A stretch of DNA of 64,000 nucleotides from an uncultured Acidobacteriota bacterium (GCA_963713825.1 CAVQNG010000025.1:704001-768000); one strand, 5' to 3'; shown: positions 9,938 to 20,482, counted from the stretch's first letter. Program-made: numbers and translations. The notes: generated from the sequence alone by a model not told the origin.

Positions 9938-12319
9938 ATGCCCGAGTCGTCGTCGCCTCCGGCTCCCCTGACGAGAGATCTGCTGCGGGAGCTGCACGCC
10001 TTCCTGAGCCTCGAAGCGCCATTTCTGATTCGCGATTTGCCGCAGGTCGCGACCGAAGAGCGGCTGGAAAAGGCCCTTCTGCAGCGCATCGGTGCGCGCT
10101 ATCGGACCGGTCCGGGATTCGCTGCTCATGAGCTCTACCCTGCGGTAACCCACCAAATGGCGGTAGCGGGGGGAAGAAGAGACCTGGAGACGTTGGTGCG
10201 GGGTTTCTTCGAGCGCCGGCGGATCAAGGCAACTCTTACAGCGCCCGAGCGCCGGTTGATGCTGCGCACGATGCTGCTGACGCGCGAGGTGGACGACTTC
10301 TTGAAGCGTGCCTTCGACAGAAGGGAGATTCGCTGGCAGTCCCACCCCTCCCCACAGAAGGGGTTTCGATCGACCGGCCAGGAGGCCATCGTCGGCGCTG
10401 CTCTACGTCTGCGGCGCTATCCGGAGTACGGCCAGGGAGAGACCTACCGGGGCGACTACATCAGTCCGCTGATTCGCGATCTGGGTGCCCTGCTCATGTT
10501 TCTGCCCGATCCGCTGCATCCCCTTCTGGTGCAGTACGGCAAGACCGGTACACCCGTCGATGGACGGGATATTCATCTCGGGGACTTCGACCGCGGAGTC
10601 TTGCCACCGGCGGCGCCATTGGCGACCGCCACCCAGACTCTCGTAGGAATGGCCTATGCCTTCAAGTCACGCCAGGAGGATCGCGTTTGTGTGAGCTTCA
10701 TCGGCGATGGCGGCTCGAGCCTGGGCGAGTGGCACGAAGCGGTGAACCTGGCGGCCACCCAGCGCCTGAACATGGTCTTCGTGGTCGAGAACAATCAGTG
10801 GGCGCTGGGCACTCACGTCTCGGAGCAGACAGTGGCGCGCCGCTTCGCCGCCAAGGCTGCGGGCTATGGAATCCCCGGTGTGACGTTGTTTGGCAATGAT
10901 CCCGACGAAGTGGCAGCTGGCTTGACCTGGGCAGCCGAGCGGGCCCGATTGGGACGAGGGCCGGCGCTGATCGAGTTGATCACCTACCGTCAGGCCGGCC
11001 ATGCACACCACGACGACGATCGATTCCACGGTAGCTCGGAGGCCAAGATCGCTGGCTACGAATTTGCGGAAGAAGCCGCAGCCTGGAAAGCCGCGGATCC
11101 GATCGCTCTCTACTCCCGACGATTGAAGAAGCTGGGTCTGATGACAGATCGAGACCTGGCTGCCATGAAGCGGCAGGTTCGCGAGGAGGTCTCGGCGGCG
11201 GCTGGAGCGGCCGCCAGAGCCGAATGGCCGGAGCCGGCCGTCTATCGAGATCGGGTCTTCGCACCGAGCGTTGCCAGTTCTTCGTCAATCTCGAAAGAGC
11301 CCCAGACCAAGACAATGTCCTACGACGAAGCGGTGCGCCAGGCCATGACCGAGTTGATGGACGACGATGAAGGGGTCTTCGTTCTGGGCGAGGATGTGGG
11401 CGGGCGCTATGGGGGTGCTTTCGGAGTCACGCGGGGCCTTGCGAAGCGTTTCGGGCAGAGCCGATGTTTGAATACCCCGCTTGCCGAGTCGGCCATCGTG
11501 GGCTGCGGGGTGGGGGCTGCGCTACTGGGCATGCGGCCGATCGTGGAGATCCAGTTTGCCGACTTCCTGGCGCCGGCGTTCAACGCGCTGGTGAACAACG
11601 CGGCGAAGATCCACTGGCGTTGGGGCCGTCCTGTGCCGATGGTGGTGCGACTGCCTTACGGCGGAGCGACCGGCAACCAGTCGAAGCTGCTGGGCGGTGG
11701 GCCGTATCACAGTCAATGTCCGGAGATGTGGTTCGTCAGCACCCCAGGTTGGAAGATCGTGGCGCCCTCCAACCCGGCAGACGCCAAGGGTCTGATGATC
11801 TCTGCAGTTCGAGACCAGAACCCGGTGATCTTCTTGGAGGCCAAGGGCCTCTATGGCTTCTTTCGTACGGACCTGCGTCAAGAGGTGCCGTTGGGGGTCG
11901 AGCACGCCATCCCACTCGGCGAAGCCGCGATCGCGCGTCAGGGGACGGATCTTTCGATTGTCACCTACGGCGCCATGGTCTGGACTGCCCTCGAGGCCGC
12001 CGATGCCTTGGCAGCGGCAGGCGTCGATGCAGAAGTCGTGGATCTGCGGAGCCTGGTGCCGCTCGACGAGAAGACGCTGTTCGAGTCGGTGGAGAAGACC
12101 AATCGGGTCCTGATTCTGCACGAGGATACGCGTCGTGGCGGGCTCGCCGGCGAGTTGGCGGCGCTGATCAGCGATGAGCGCTTCTACTTCCTGGATGCGC
12201 CAATTCGGCGAGTCACGGCGCCGGATACGCCTGTGCCGTACGCACCGCCGCTGGAGCTGGACTACCTACCCAAGGCTGAACAGGTTGTCGAGGCGGCGCT
12301 CCAACTTCTGGAGGAGTAG
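9938..12319 (+). CDS. Fused 2-oxoacid dehydrogenase E1 alpha/beta (ThDP-dependent)
   Basis: GQEA, ThDP motif GDG...ENNQWA, TYRQAGH; beta part GEDVG, NTPLAESAIVG, EIQFADF, VDLRSLVPLD. Confidence 0.92.
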   Translation: MPESSSPPAPLTRDLLRELHAFLSLEAPFLIRDLPQVATEERLEKALLQRIGARYRTGPGFAAHELYPAVTHQMAVAGGRRDLETLVRGFFERRRIKATLTAPERRLMLRTMLLTREVDDFLKRAFDRREIRWQSHPSPQKGFRSTGQEAIVGAALRLRRYPEYGQGETYRGDYISPLIRDLGALLMFLPDPLHPLLVQYGKTGTPVDGRDIHLGDFDRGVLPPAAPLATATQTLVGMAYAFKSRQEDRVCVSFIGDGGSSLGEWHEAVNLAATQRLNMVFVVENNQWALGTHVSEQTVARRFAAKAAGYGIPGVTLFGNDPDEVAAGLTWAAERARLGRGPALIELITYRQAGHAHHDDDRFHGSSEAKIAGYEFAEEAAAWKAADPIALYSRRLKKLGLMTDRDLAAMKRQVREEVSAAAGAAARAEWPEPAVYRDRVFAPSVASSSSISKEPQTKTMSYDEAVRQAMTELMDDDEGVFVLGEDVGGRYGGAFGVTRGLAKRFGQSRCLNTPLAESAIVGCGVGAALLGMRPIVEIQFADFLAPAFNALVNNAAKIHWRWGRPVPMVVRLPYGGATGNQSKLLGGGPYHSQCPEMWFVSTPGWKIVAPSNPADAKGLMISAVRDQNPVIFLEAKGLYGFFRTDLRQEVPLGVEHAIPLGEAAIARQGTDLSIVTYGAMVWTALEAADALAAAGVDAEVVDLRSLVPLDEKTLFESVEKTNRVLILHEDTRRGGLAGELAALISDERFYFLDAPIRRVTAPDTPVPYAPPLELDYLPKAEQVVEAALQLLEE

Positions 12320-12337
12320 CCTCGAGTCGCTCAGCGT

Positions 12338-13501
12338 CTACTCGTTCGATCCCGTCGCAACCGCTGGGTCCGCAGACGGAGCGATCGCACCGTCTCCACC
12401 CCAGAAGCTCCGTAGGGCCCGTCGGGCCTCGGGATCCTTCATCGAGAAGTCCCGATCCCAGGGGTCGGGACCGGGGATCCACTTCCACCAGAACATTCCC
12501 CGCACGAAGGGTTGCTCTTCGACTCGCTGCAAGGCGACCTCGATCAGCCTTTCTCTCAAACGCAGTGCCTCGGGGCTGGTCTCCATTCGAGGGCTCCACG
12601 GTTCACGCGCCGCTGCGTTGGATCGGCTGTAGCCGATCTCGGCGAAAAAGACAGGCTTGTTCCGATGGGCTGATGAGATCGACGCGAGCTGTCGCAGAGG
12701 CTCGTCCCAGCCCTGCCAGAGTGTCTCTCGACTGGGGTCGTCGTCGAGGCTCAACGGGAAGTAGGCGTGAACTCCGATCCAATCGAGGGCATCCCAGAAC
12801 GGCACCCGGTCGAGGCTGTCCCAGTTGGCGGCATAGGTCACCCTACCGTCATAGACCTCACGAACCGCGGCGATGATGCGGCGCCATTCCGTCTCGCGGT
12901 GTGTGGTCTTTTCGTATTCCACACCGACGGCGAAGATCTCGATGCCGCTCCTCTGGGCGAATCGCGCCTGGTCGACGATGAAGTGCTGGTAATCGTCGAA
13001 GAATCTCTGCCAGGCAGCCTCATCTGCGCCGAATTCGATATCGCCACGCCATTCGAAGCTGCCCCAGTAGGCCAGGTGGGGCTTCCAGAAGATCTGCATT
13101 CCAGCGGCGCGGGCGATCTCGACAGCCTTCTCGAGGTAGCCGACTTCCGCTGCAGGATGGCCAGAGACGGAGCCGTCGGGACGAACCCTCGCGTAAGGAT
13201 GAATTGCGATCCATCCGACGCCGAGCTCGTCCAATTGGCCGAGAGCATCAACCATCGAGGGCGAGCCCCAGATCTGCCCGGCGCGGGGGCACGACACGAC
13301 CATCCCCCTCATGAAGATCTCCTCCGTGAGGTCGGTGCTCGTCGAGATCTTGGCGCCCGCAGTTGGCTCGGCCATTGTTGGCGACGACAGGACCGCGAGG
13401 ATTGCCGCCAGCAGGATCGAACGCAGGCTGGAGGTCTTGAAGGGCCTCATCGAGAGAAGGTTCGTGGATGGAGGTCCGAAGGTTCGGCTTTCGGCCTTCA
13501 T
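12338..13501 (-). CDS. Secreted glycoside hydrolase, GH113-like TIM barrel
   Basis: Signal peptide; WKPHL, WRGDI, GVEYE (acid/base), TYAANWD, FWDALDWIGVHAYFPL, FAEIGY (nucleophile). The true start may be the internal Met of MRPFK. Confidence 0.8.
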   Translation of the reverse strand: MKAESRTFGPPSTNLLSMRPFKTSSLRSILLAAILAVLSSPTMAEPTAGAKISTSTDLTEEIFMRGMVVSCPRAGQIWGSPSMVDALGQLDELGVGWIAIHPYARVRPDGSVSGHPAAEVGYLEKAVEIARAAGMQIFWKPHLAYWGSFEWRGDIEFGADEAAWQRFFDDYQHFIVDQARFAQRSGIEIFAVGVEYEKTTHRETEWRRIIAAVREVYDGRVTYAANWDSLDRVPFWDALDWIGVHAYFPLSLDDDPSRETLWQGWDEPLRQLASISSAHRNKPVFFAEIGYSRSNAAAREPWSPRMETSPEALRLRERLIEVALQRVEEQPFVRGMFWWKWIPGPDPWDRDFSMKDPEARRALRSFWGGDGAIAPSADPAVATGSNE

Positions 13502-15015
13502 TTCAGGGCCTCGAGGGTCATTGGGTCTCGGGTCGGCAGGTGCCGGACGCGATGCTTGGTCGCCTTTTCGAGGTTGGACTGCCCCTCAGGCGCGCTCTGA
13601 GCGATGTCCTGCCAGCGGCCGACGACAAGAAAGAGGAGTCGATCTGGTTTCAGGAATGCTCTGGCAGCGTTCAAGACATCTTCGGCAGTCGTGGCTTCGA
13701 TACCCTTCAGGTAACGGTTCCAGTAGTCGTGGGGCCGGGACAGGAGCTCGTTCTCGGCTAGCTGTCCGGCGGTCTCCTCGGCGGTATCGAACGAAAGTCG
13801 CAGCTTGCCCAAGATCGTCTGTTTGGCGACCTCCAGCTCGGTTGGGTGCACCGGCTCCGTGCGGATTCGATGCAGCTCGTCGAGACTGAGCTCGACGGCT
13901 CGGGCCACCTGAGAGCCGCGAGTGCCGAAGAGAATCTGGAAATCACCGACCCACAACTCGCCCGGATCGATTCTCGCCGAGGCTCTGTAGACCAATCCCT
14001 CGGCCGTCCGCAGTCGCCCCGCGATGCGTGAGATTGCACCGGAACCACCGAGAATCTCACCGAGAACCTCGAGGGCAAACCGGTCGTCAGAATCCCAGCC
14101 TACTTCTCGAGGCAGCCTCGATCCCAGGGCGACTTTGGCCTGGGGTGTGTCGCTTTCGTAGTGATAAAGGCCCGGGATCGGCTCGAGGTCCGGGCCTGCA
14201 GGTGGCCAGGCGATCTCGCTGTTCCGAGCTGGGTCCGCTGCTTCCTCTGGCCACCGGGCGATTCCTTTCTCGAGTGCGGCGAGGAGCGAATCGACCTCGA
14301 AGTCGCCAGAAACGGCGAAGATGAAGTTCTCCGGCCGCCAGTAGGTGTGGTGAAAGCGGGCCATGGCTTCGCGATCGATGGCTGCGAGGGTGGCAGGCGT
14401 CAGCGGCGCCGTGGTGAAGTGCTGCCGACCGAAGACCAGCCATTGCCACTCTCTTTCGAGAATGTCGAGCGGGTCCTGATTCCGCCGGCTCATGCTCTCG
14501 AGTAGGTTGGTCTTGGCACTGGCGAGCCGATCCTCCTGGAATGCCGGTGAGGAAAGGACCTCGAAGAGCAGATCCAGCCCCTCGTCGAGAGCCCAGGTGG
14601 GGACGCTGAGGCTGGCGGCGCTGCGGGTAAACCCGGAAAACGTCTGGATGCGAGCTCCCAAGTCATCGACCTGGTTGTCGAATCGGTCGGCCGATCGGAG
14701 CCCCGTACCGCCCCTTCGCACCAGGGCGCCGGTCAAGGATGCGAGGCCAACCTGCTGAGGCGGCTCGAGAAACGAGCCGCCGCGCAGTGCTACCGTGACC
14801 TCGACGAGAGGCAGCGTGTGGTCCTCGGCCAGATAGACCACAGGGCCACCCGTGATCTCACGTCGGCGGCCGTCGACCTGTGGGAGCTGGATGTTCCGAG
14901 CACCGAAGCGCAGCTCGAAGGGGTTGGCCGGAATCGAAGACTCCTGCGCGGCAGACGCGAAGCTGCCGCCGACGAGCCACAGGACGCATGTGAGGCCCAC
15001 AGGGTTGAGTCTCAA
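13498..15015 (-). CDS. M16 (pitrilysin) family peptidase, non-catalytic subunit
   Basis: EDHTLPLVEV, GLASLTGAL (HxxEH absent), YWRPEN, SRIAGRLRTAEGLVY; signal peptide. Confidence 0.88.
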   Translation of the reverse strand: MRLNPVGLTCVLWLVGGSFASAAQESSIPANPFELRFGARNIQLPQVDGRRREITGGPVVYLAEDHTLPLVEVTVALRGGSFLEPPQQVGLASLTGALVRRGGTGLRSADRFDNQVDDLGARIQTFSGFTRSAASLSVPTWALDEGLDLLFEVLSSPAFQEDRLASAKTNLLESMSRRNQDPLDILEREWQWLVFGRQHFTTAPLTPATLAAIDREAMARFHHTYWRPENFIFAVSGDFEVDSLLAALEKGIARWPEEAADPARNSEIAWPPAGPDLEPIPGLYHYESDTPQAKVALGSRLPREVGWDSDDRFALEVLGEILGGSGAISRIAGRLRTAEGLVYRASARIDPGELWVGDFQILFGTRGSQVARAVELSLDELHRIRTEPVHPTELEVAKQTILGKLRLSFDTAEETAGQLAENELLSRPHDYWNRYLKGIEATTAEDVLNAARAFLKPDRLLFLVVGRWQDIAQSAPEGQSNLEKATKHRVRHLPTRDPMTLEALK

Positions 15016-16622
15016 GGCGCCATCTCTTCGTCGAACTCGCGACCACCAGAGACCGCCAGTCGATCACCCTCACCGGTCTGTTGATAGAAAGCCACGGTTC
15101 TTCCGGCGGAGTCGAGAAAGCGTCGGGCCGCGGCGCGAACCTGCTCTGCTTCGATCTCCAGCACCTGCCGCGGCCAGTTATTGATCTCCTGCCAGTTGCC
15201 CATTCCCTGGTAGACAAGGAGCTGGGCGAGGAGCGAAGCAGGGTCCTTGAGTCGCCGAAAGGAATCGGCGGTCAGTCGGTTCTTGGCCCGCTGGAGCTCC
15301 TCATCGGTCACGAGATCGGTTTGCAGCCTGACGACTTCCTGGTCCCAGGCAGTCAGGAGATCTTCTGGGCTCGATGTCCCCTTCGTTTCGGCTTGAAAGG
15401 TGAAATACCCCGCCTGTCGCAACTGGCTCTGTAGCGCGGAAGCCGAAAACGCGATTTGCCTGCCCAGGACCATTGAGCGGTAGAGCCTGCCGGTCCGTCC
15501 ATTGAGAACGGCAGCCAGCACCTCCAGCACGCGCGAGTCCTCCTCCCCGAAAGCCGCCGAGGGATACAGGACCTTCACCCCCGACGGGCATCGGCAATCC
15601 ACGGTCAGGGTGCGTTTGCTCTCATCGGCGGCGGGCATCACCGCCGCCAAGTTTCGGGGGCTGGCCTGCCGGGGAGGCAGGCGTTGGAAGTACCTCTCGG
15701 CGAGTCTGCGAACTCGCTCGGCATCGAAGGCTCCGACCAGGGCCGCCGTGATGCGGCCTGGCGTGTAGTGCTGTTTGAAGAAGGTGCGGGCCGAGTTACG
15801 GTCGAGACCCTCCAGATCTTCGGGCTCTCCCTGCGGATCCCAGGAGTAGGGGTGTTGGCCCCAGAACTCCGAACTCAGTCGCTCATCAGCAGCTCCTGTG
15901 GGACTGGACTCGATGCGGAGACGCCGCTCCTCATGGATGACATCGAGCTCTTTGTAGAACTCCCGGAAGACGGGCTCCAGTAACCGGTCTGATTCCAGCC
16001 AAAACCAGGTCTCGAGCTTCTCGGATGGCACTGTGACGTAATAGAAAGTCAGGTCTCGCAAGGTATGGGCGTTGAGACCGACAGCGCCCAACCGGGAGTA
16101 GATCAGTGAGAACTCGCCGAGACGGGCTTGCGCCCGAGCCTCGGCCTGCACTTGCCGCAAGTTCTCTTCGGATTGGGCTATCTGTCTCCCGAGCTTGGCC
16201 CGCCGCTTCGATCCAGCCTCCGAGAGCTCCGACCGCAGTTCACGCAGCTCGGACTGCAACTGGTCTTCCCGGTCGAGCAGGACCAACTCCTTCTCGATGT
16301 CACGGGTGCCGACGGTTCGCGTTCCTTTGAACATCAGATGCTCGAGGAGGTGGCTGAGACCGGTGCTGCCTGGTGCCTCGTCGGCCGATCCGACCTCGAC
16401 CACCCAGCCGGCGGCGACAGTCGTCATTTCTGGCCTTTCGACCAGCAGAATCCTCATGCCGTTGGCGAGCTGAACGGTCTCGACAGGCACCTGCGCGGTG
16501 AGATCAGGTGCCGCGTCGAGCGAGACGAACCCAAGCGACAGGAAAGTGGCCCACAGCAGAACGCTGCGCCAGCAGGGCGATCGACGGCGAGCGTCGACTA
16601 GGGGTGCAAAATCAGGTGCCAA
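15012..16622 (-). CDS. M16 (pitrilysin) family zinc peptidase, catalytic subunit
   Basis: LANGMRILL, GSADE, GLSHLLEHLMFKGT (HxxEH), LNAHT, WLESDRL, EERR. Start uncertain. Confidence 0.92.
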   Translation of the reverse strand: MAPDFAPLVDARRRSPCWRSVLLWATFLSLGFVSLDAAPDLTAQVPVETVQLANGMRILLVERPEMTTVAAGWVVEVGSADEAPGSTGLSHLLEHLMFKGTRTVGTRDIEKELVLLDREDQLQSELRELRSELSEAGSKRRAKLGRQIAQSEENLRQVQAEARAQARLGEFSLIYSRLGAVGLNAHTLRDLTFYYVTVPSEKLETWFWLESDRLLEPVFREFYKELDVIHEERRLRIESSPTGAADERLSSEFWGQHPYSWDPQGEPEDLEGLDRNSARTFFKQHYTPGRITAALVGAFDAERVRRLAERYFQRLPPRQASPRNLAAVMPAADESKRTLTVDCRCPSGVKVLYPSAAFGEEDSRVLEVLAAVLNGRTGRLYRSMVLGRQIAFSASALQSQLRQAGYFTFQAETKGTSSPEDLLTAWDQEVVRLQTDLVTDEELQRAKNRLTADSFRRLKDPASLLAQLLVYQGMGNWQEINNWPRQVLEIEAEQVRAAARRFLDSAGRTVAFYQQTGEGDRLAVSGGREFDEEMAP

Positions 16623-16736
16623 GTTCTCATCCGGTTGCAGAACGGGACAGGCTGCTCAGCGGCGTTCGATCGTAGCACGGCACCTTCTCAGGTGAGGGTC
16701 CCAGGATTGCCGGGTCTGCGGTACCATTCGTTTGAA

Positions 16737-17519
16737 GTGAAGAGACTCGCATGGCTCCTGCTCAACGGTCTGCAGGCCGTCTTCCTGTTTTTGTGGACCG
16801 CCTTCTGGGTTACGGTCGTTCTCGTCGTACGGGTGCTGACCGGGGGGCCGAAGCTTCCCTTGACGATCGCACGCAAGCTGTGGCTGCCTGGGGCTCTCTG
16901 GGCGGTGGGAGCGCGTCTGGAAGTCGAGATCTCACCGCGCAACGATTTTTCTTCCAAACCGGCGCTTTTTGTGTCCAATCATCGCTCGTTTTACGACATT
17001 CCGGCTTTGGTCGGGGCGGTACCGACCAACCTCCATTTCCTGGCCAAGAAGGAGGTCCGCAAGATCCCGTTTCTGGGACTCTACGCGGCAGCGATGGGTA
17101 TGGTCTTCATCGATCGAGCCGACAGTGCGGCCTCGAGAACCAGTGTCGAGCACATGTCACGACTGCTGGAAGAAGGCGCCAGCATGGCCTCCTACCCGGA
17201 GGGGACCCGCAGCCGGAGTGGCGATCTCCTTCCCTTCAAGACCGGCAGCTTCGTGGCTGCGATCAAAGCTGGTGTACCGGTCGTGCCCGTGAGCATCTCT
17301 GGAAGTGAGAAGGTACTGCCCGCGGATGGCTTCTCGCCTCGCCCCGGTCTGATCAGGGTGTCGATCGGCGAGCCGATCCCAACGGCGCAAATGGACCTCG
17401 AGGATCGGCGCAGGCTGGCCGACGAGGCGCGAGATCAAGTGGCTGAGATGCTGCAGCGGGCCGAAGGCCATCGTGGGGCCGACCGGGGGCCGGAAACAAA
17501 GGCTCCATCGGAGCTGTAG
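16737..17519 (+). CDS. plsC: 1-acyl-sn-glycerol-3-phosphate acyltransferase
   Basis: NHRSFYD (HX4D), FIDR, YPEGTRS, PFKTG. GTG start at 16737 chosen within ORF 16635..17519. Confidence 0.88.
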   Translation: MKRLAWLLLNGLQAVFLFLWTAFWVTVVLVVRVLTGGPKLPLTIARKLWLPGALWAVGARLEVEISPRNDFSSKPALFVSNHRSFYDIPALVGAVPTNLHFLAKKEVRKIPFLGLYAAAMGMVFIDRADSAASRTSVEHMSRLLEEGASMASYPEGTRSRSGDLLPFKTGSFVAAIKAGVPVVPVSISGSEKVLPADGFSPRPGLIRVSIGEPIPTAQMDLEDRRRLADEARDQVAEMLQRAEGHRGADRGPETKAPSEL

Positions 17520-17576
17520 CACGAATTCAGATGCAAGACAGGCGGAGAGCCGGCTGGTTTCATGGAACCGCGGTGG

Positions 17577-17948
17577 CTATTCGTTCTTCTCGGTCGCCAG
17601 TGCCAGAACTTCGTGCAGTCGCTTGGCGTCGAATGGTTTGGCCAGGAAGTACTGACCACCGATGATCGGTCCCCGCCGCTGCACTTCGTCGCCATCCACC
17701 AGTCCGGTCAAGAAGACGATCGGGATGTCGGCGGTCTCGGGATCCTCCCGTAGCTTCTGGGCTACGGTGGCGCCGTCCATGCGAGGCAGAACGATGTCGA
17801 GCAGGATGGCATCGGGACGGGTGTCTTCGACCATGAGAAGGGCCTCTACGCCATGGCTTGCGGTCACCACCTCATGACCCTCGAGCTCCAGCATCGCCGA
17901 GACGAGCTGGAGTATCTGGTCTTCATCGTCGACAACCAAAATCCGCAT
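17577..17948 (-). CDS. Single-domain (CheY-like) response regulator
   Basis: ILVVDDE, LLDIVLPRMDG, FLT, AKPF. Confidence 0.93.
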   Translation of the reverse strand: MRILVVDDEDQILQLVSAMLELEGHEVVTASHGVEALLMVEDTRPDAILLDIVLPRMDGATVAQKLREDPETADIPIVFLTGLVDGDEVQRRGPIIGGQYFLAKPFDAKRLHEVLALATEKNE

Positions 17949-18070
17949 GATGCAGGCTCTCGGGCTCCGTCAGGGGTAGTCCCAGAATTGGTGACCGCCA
18001 CCCGATCCAGCCCGCGAGAATCGTAGCATGGGGCCTGGTTCGCAGCCCTCTGCTAACATCTCGCAGCTCG

Positions 18071-18724
18071 ATGACTAGTCTTGGAAACTCAGTGGTCGGG
18101 GCCGTCCTGGCCGGAGGCCAAAGCCGCCGCCTGGGGCAGGACAAGGCACTGCTGTCCTGGTCGGGAAGGGCCTTGCTGCTGCGTCCTTTCGAGATTCTTC
18201 AGACAGTGTTTTCGGAAGTCGTTGTGGTCACGGTTTCCGGGCGAGCGTACGAGGACCTCGGAGTACCTGTGATTCACGATCGGTTCGAGGGGCAGGGTCC
18301 TCTAGCGGGCATTCACGCCGCCCTCGAGTGGGCAGGCTCGCGCCCAGTGTTTGTCACGGCCTGTGACTTGCCCAATGTCAGCGCCGAGCTCGTCGGCCAC
18401 GTCGCTGACTTGGGCTGTGAGTCGCCGACTCTCGGCCCGCAGAACAAGGAGCCCAAAGCTCAACCAAGGGCCAGAGTTGCGGTCTGGAATGGGCGCCAGC
18501 AGCCACTTTTTGGGCTCTACTCTGCATCGTGTCGGGAGCCAATGGAAGCGAGGCTCCGCGACGGTCGTCTGGAAGCCTGGCGTTTTCTGGCCGAGATCGA
18601 TACGACGCCAGTGCCCATTACCCCCGAGCTCGAGCTCTATCGACCCGATCTACTACTGAACGTCAACTCTCGCGCGGACCTTCAACCGAGATCTCCTGAA
18701 AGGGCCCACGAGCCCTCGAGATAG
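18071..18724 (+). CDS. mobA: Molybdenum cofactor guanylyltransferase
   Basis: VLAGGQSRRLGQDKA, GPLAGI, ACDLP, NVNS. Confidence 0.93.
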   Translation: MTSLGNSVVGAVLAGGQSRRLGQDKALLSWSGRALLLRPFEILQTVFSEVVVVTVSGRAYEDLGVPVIHDRFEGQGPLAGIHAALEWAGSRPVFVTACDLPNVSAELVGHVADLGCESPTLGPQNKEPKAQPRARVAVWNGRQQPLFGLYSASCREPMEARLRDGRLEAWRFLAEIDTTPVPITPELELYRPDLLLNVNSRADLQPRSPERAHEPSR

Positions 18725-18726
18725 AG

Positions 18727-19596
18727 ATGAGCGACGCCTCGAGAAGGAAAGGAGCTCCTGGAGCCTCGGTACCCGCCACCGTGTTGATGGTGAGGGGGGC
18801 AGAGATCGAAGAGAGTGCCGATACTGTGGCGACAGAGGAGCCTCTGGAGATCAGGGTTGCGGTCGAGATCGAGGGCCACAGGGAAAGCCACAGTGTTGCC
18901 GTCACAATGCGAACCCCGGGCAACGACTTCGAGCTGGCGGCCGGGTTTCTCTGCGGCGAAGGGATGCTCACCAACCAGAATGAGGTCTGGCGTATCGATC
19001 ATTGCGATGCCGCCTCGGCGGGTGAGCCCGGCAACGTGGTCGAGGTCCACCTGAGACCTGGAGTCGAGTTCGACTTCCAACGGCTCACCCGCCATGTCTT
19101 TACTTCTTCCAGTTGTGGAGTCTGCGGCAAGGCCTCTCTCGAGGCGGTCCAGATCGCCTGTTCAAGCACCCCGATCGGAACCATTCGGCTCCACCGGCAG
19201 CAATTGGTGCAACTGCCTGGTTCCCTGCGGCAGTCGCAGCCTGTGTTTTCAGAGACCGGAGGTCTGCATGCCGCAGGACTCTTCGACGGAACAGGTCGGC
19301 TCTTGGCTCTACGGGAAGATGTCGGGCGACACAATGCCGTCGACAAGGTCGTGGGGTCTTTGCTCCTCGGCGGCGACCTTCCCGCATCCGATCGAATCCT
19401 CCTGGTGAGTGGTCGGGCCAGCTTCGAGTTGGTCCAGAAGGCCGCTTTGGCTGGAATTCCTGTTCTGGCAGCGGTTGGCGCACCCAGTAGCCTGGCGGTC
19501 GACTTGGCCCGGGAAATGGAGATGACCCTGGTTGGGTTCCTGCGGGATGGGCGTTTCAATCTCTACACCGGCTCGGATCGCCTGGCAGTAGAGTGA
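18727..19596 (+). CDS. fdhD: Formate dehydrogenase accessory sulfurtransferase
   Basis: EEPLEI, TMRTPG, SSCGVCGK, TGGLHAAG, EDVGRHNAVDK. Confidence 0.95.
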   Translation: MSDASRRKGAPGASVPATVLMVRGAEIEESADTVATEEPLEIRVAVEIEGHRESHSVAVTMRTPGNDFELAAGFLCGEGMLTNQNEVWRIDHCDAASAGEPGNVVEVHLRPGVEFDFQRLTRHVFTSSSCGVCGKASLEAVQIACSSTPIGTIRLHRQQLVQLPGSLRQSQPVFSETGGLHAAGLFDGTGRLLALREDVGRHNAVDKVVGSLLLGGDLPASDRILLVSGRASFELVQKAALAGIPVLAAVGAPSSLAVDLAREMEMTLVGFLRDGRFNLYTGSDRLAVE

Positions 19597-19630
19597 TGGG
19601 GCCAGCCTCTGCCTGCAAGAGGATCTGTCG

Positions 19631-20482
19631 ATGACCGAGATCGACCACGAGCCTGACGCTGGGGATTGGCTCCTCTTCGACACGCATGCCCACCTTTGTG
19701 ATCCGGCGTTCGAAGCTGATCGCGAAGAGGTTCTCGAACGGGCAAGAAGAGCGGGAGTGGGGGCGATCATCGCAGTTGGAGAAGACCTCCAGGATGCGCG
19801 CTTCAATTTGGCGCTGGCTCGCGAGTATCCGTGGATTGTGCGTGCTGCGGCGGGGCTGTTTCCGACGAACCTCGACCTGGGCCAGGCAGAAGAGCTGGAA
19901 CAGTGGATTCGACGGCATGCCGACGATCTGATCGCGATCGGGGAAGTCGGGCTGGACTTCTGGAAGGTCGAGGGTGAGGACGATAGGGCAGTACAGAGAG
20001 AGATCTTCGAGCGGTTCGTGTTGCTGGCCATCGAGCTCGATCTGCCGCTGAACGTCCATTCACGGTCAGCCGGTGCCGCAACTGTCGAGCTCTTGTTGGA
20101 CTCGGGTGTCAGCCGAGTGCAGCTCCACGCCTTCGATGGCCGCGCCTCGAAAGCTCTCCCAGCCATCGAGGCCGGCTTCTTCCTGTCGATCCCACCCTCG
20201 GTGGTGCGCTCACGTCAGAAGCAGAAGCTGGTTCGGCACGTTCCGTTGCAGAACCTGCTGTTGGAGACTGACAGCCCAGTTTTGGGCGTCGAGCCAGGTG
20301 AGCGCAACGAGCCCGCCAACCTCACCCTCGCGTTGCGAGCGGTGGCCGATCTCAAAGGCGTTCATCCGCAGGCGATTGCGGAGGCCACTCGCGACAACGC
20401 TATTCGCCTCTATGGCAGAGCCCTCCTCAACGACGAGAGTGACCGCAGCGGTTCGACTACCGGGAGCTTGTCTGCTGGGTGA
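19631..20482 (+). CDS. tatD: TatD family hydrolase/DNase
   Basis: DTHAHL, AIGEVGLDF, NVHSR, LHAF, LLETDSP. Confidence 0.9.
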   Translation: MTEIDHEPDAGDWLLFDTHAHLCDPAFEADREEVLERARRAGVGAIIAVGEDLQDARFNLALAREYPWIVRAAAGLFPTNLDLGQAEELEQWIRRHADDLIAIGEVGLDFWKVEGEDDRAVQREIFERFVLLAIELDLPLNVHSRSAGAATVELLLDSGVSRVQLHAFDGRASKALPAIEAGFFLSIPPSVVRSRQKQKLVRHVPLQNLLLETDSPVLGVEPGERNEPANLTLALRAVADLKGVHPQAIAEATRDNAIRLYGRALLNDESDRSGSTTGSLSAG

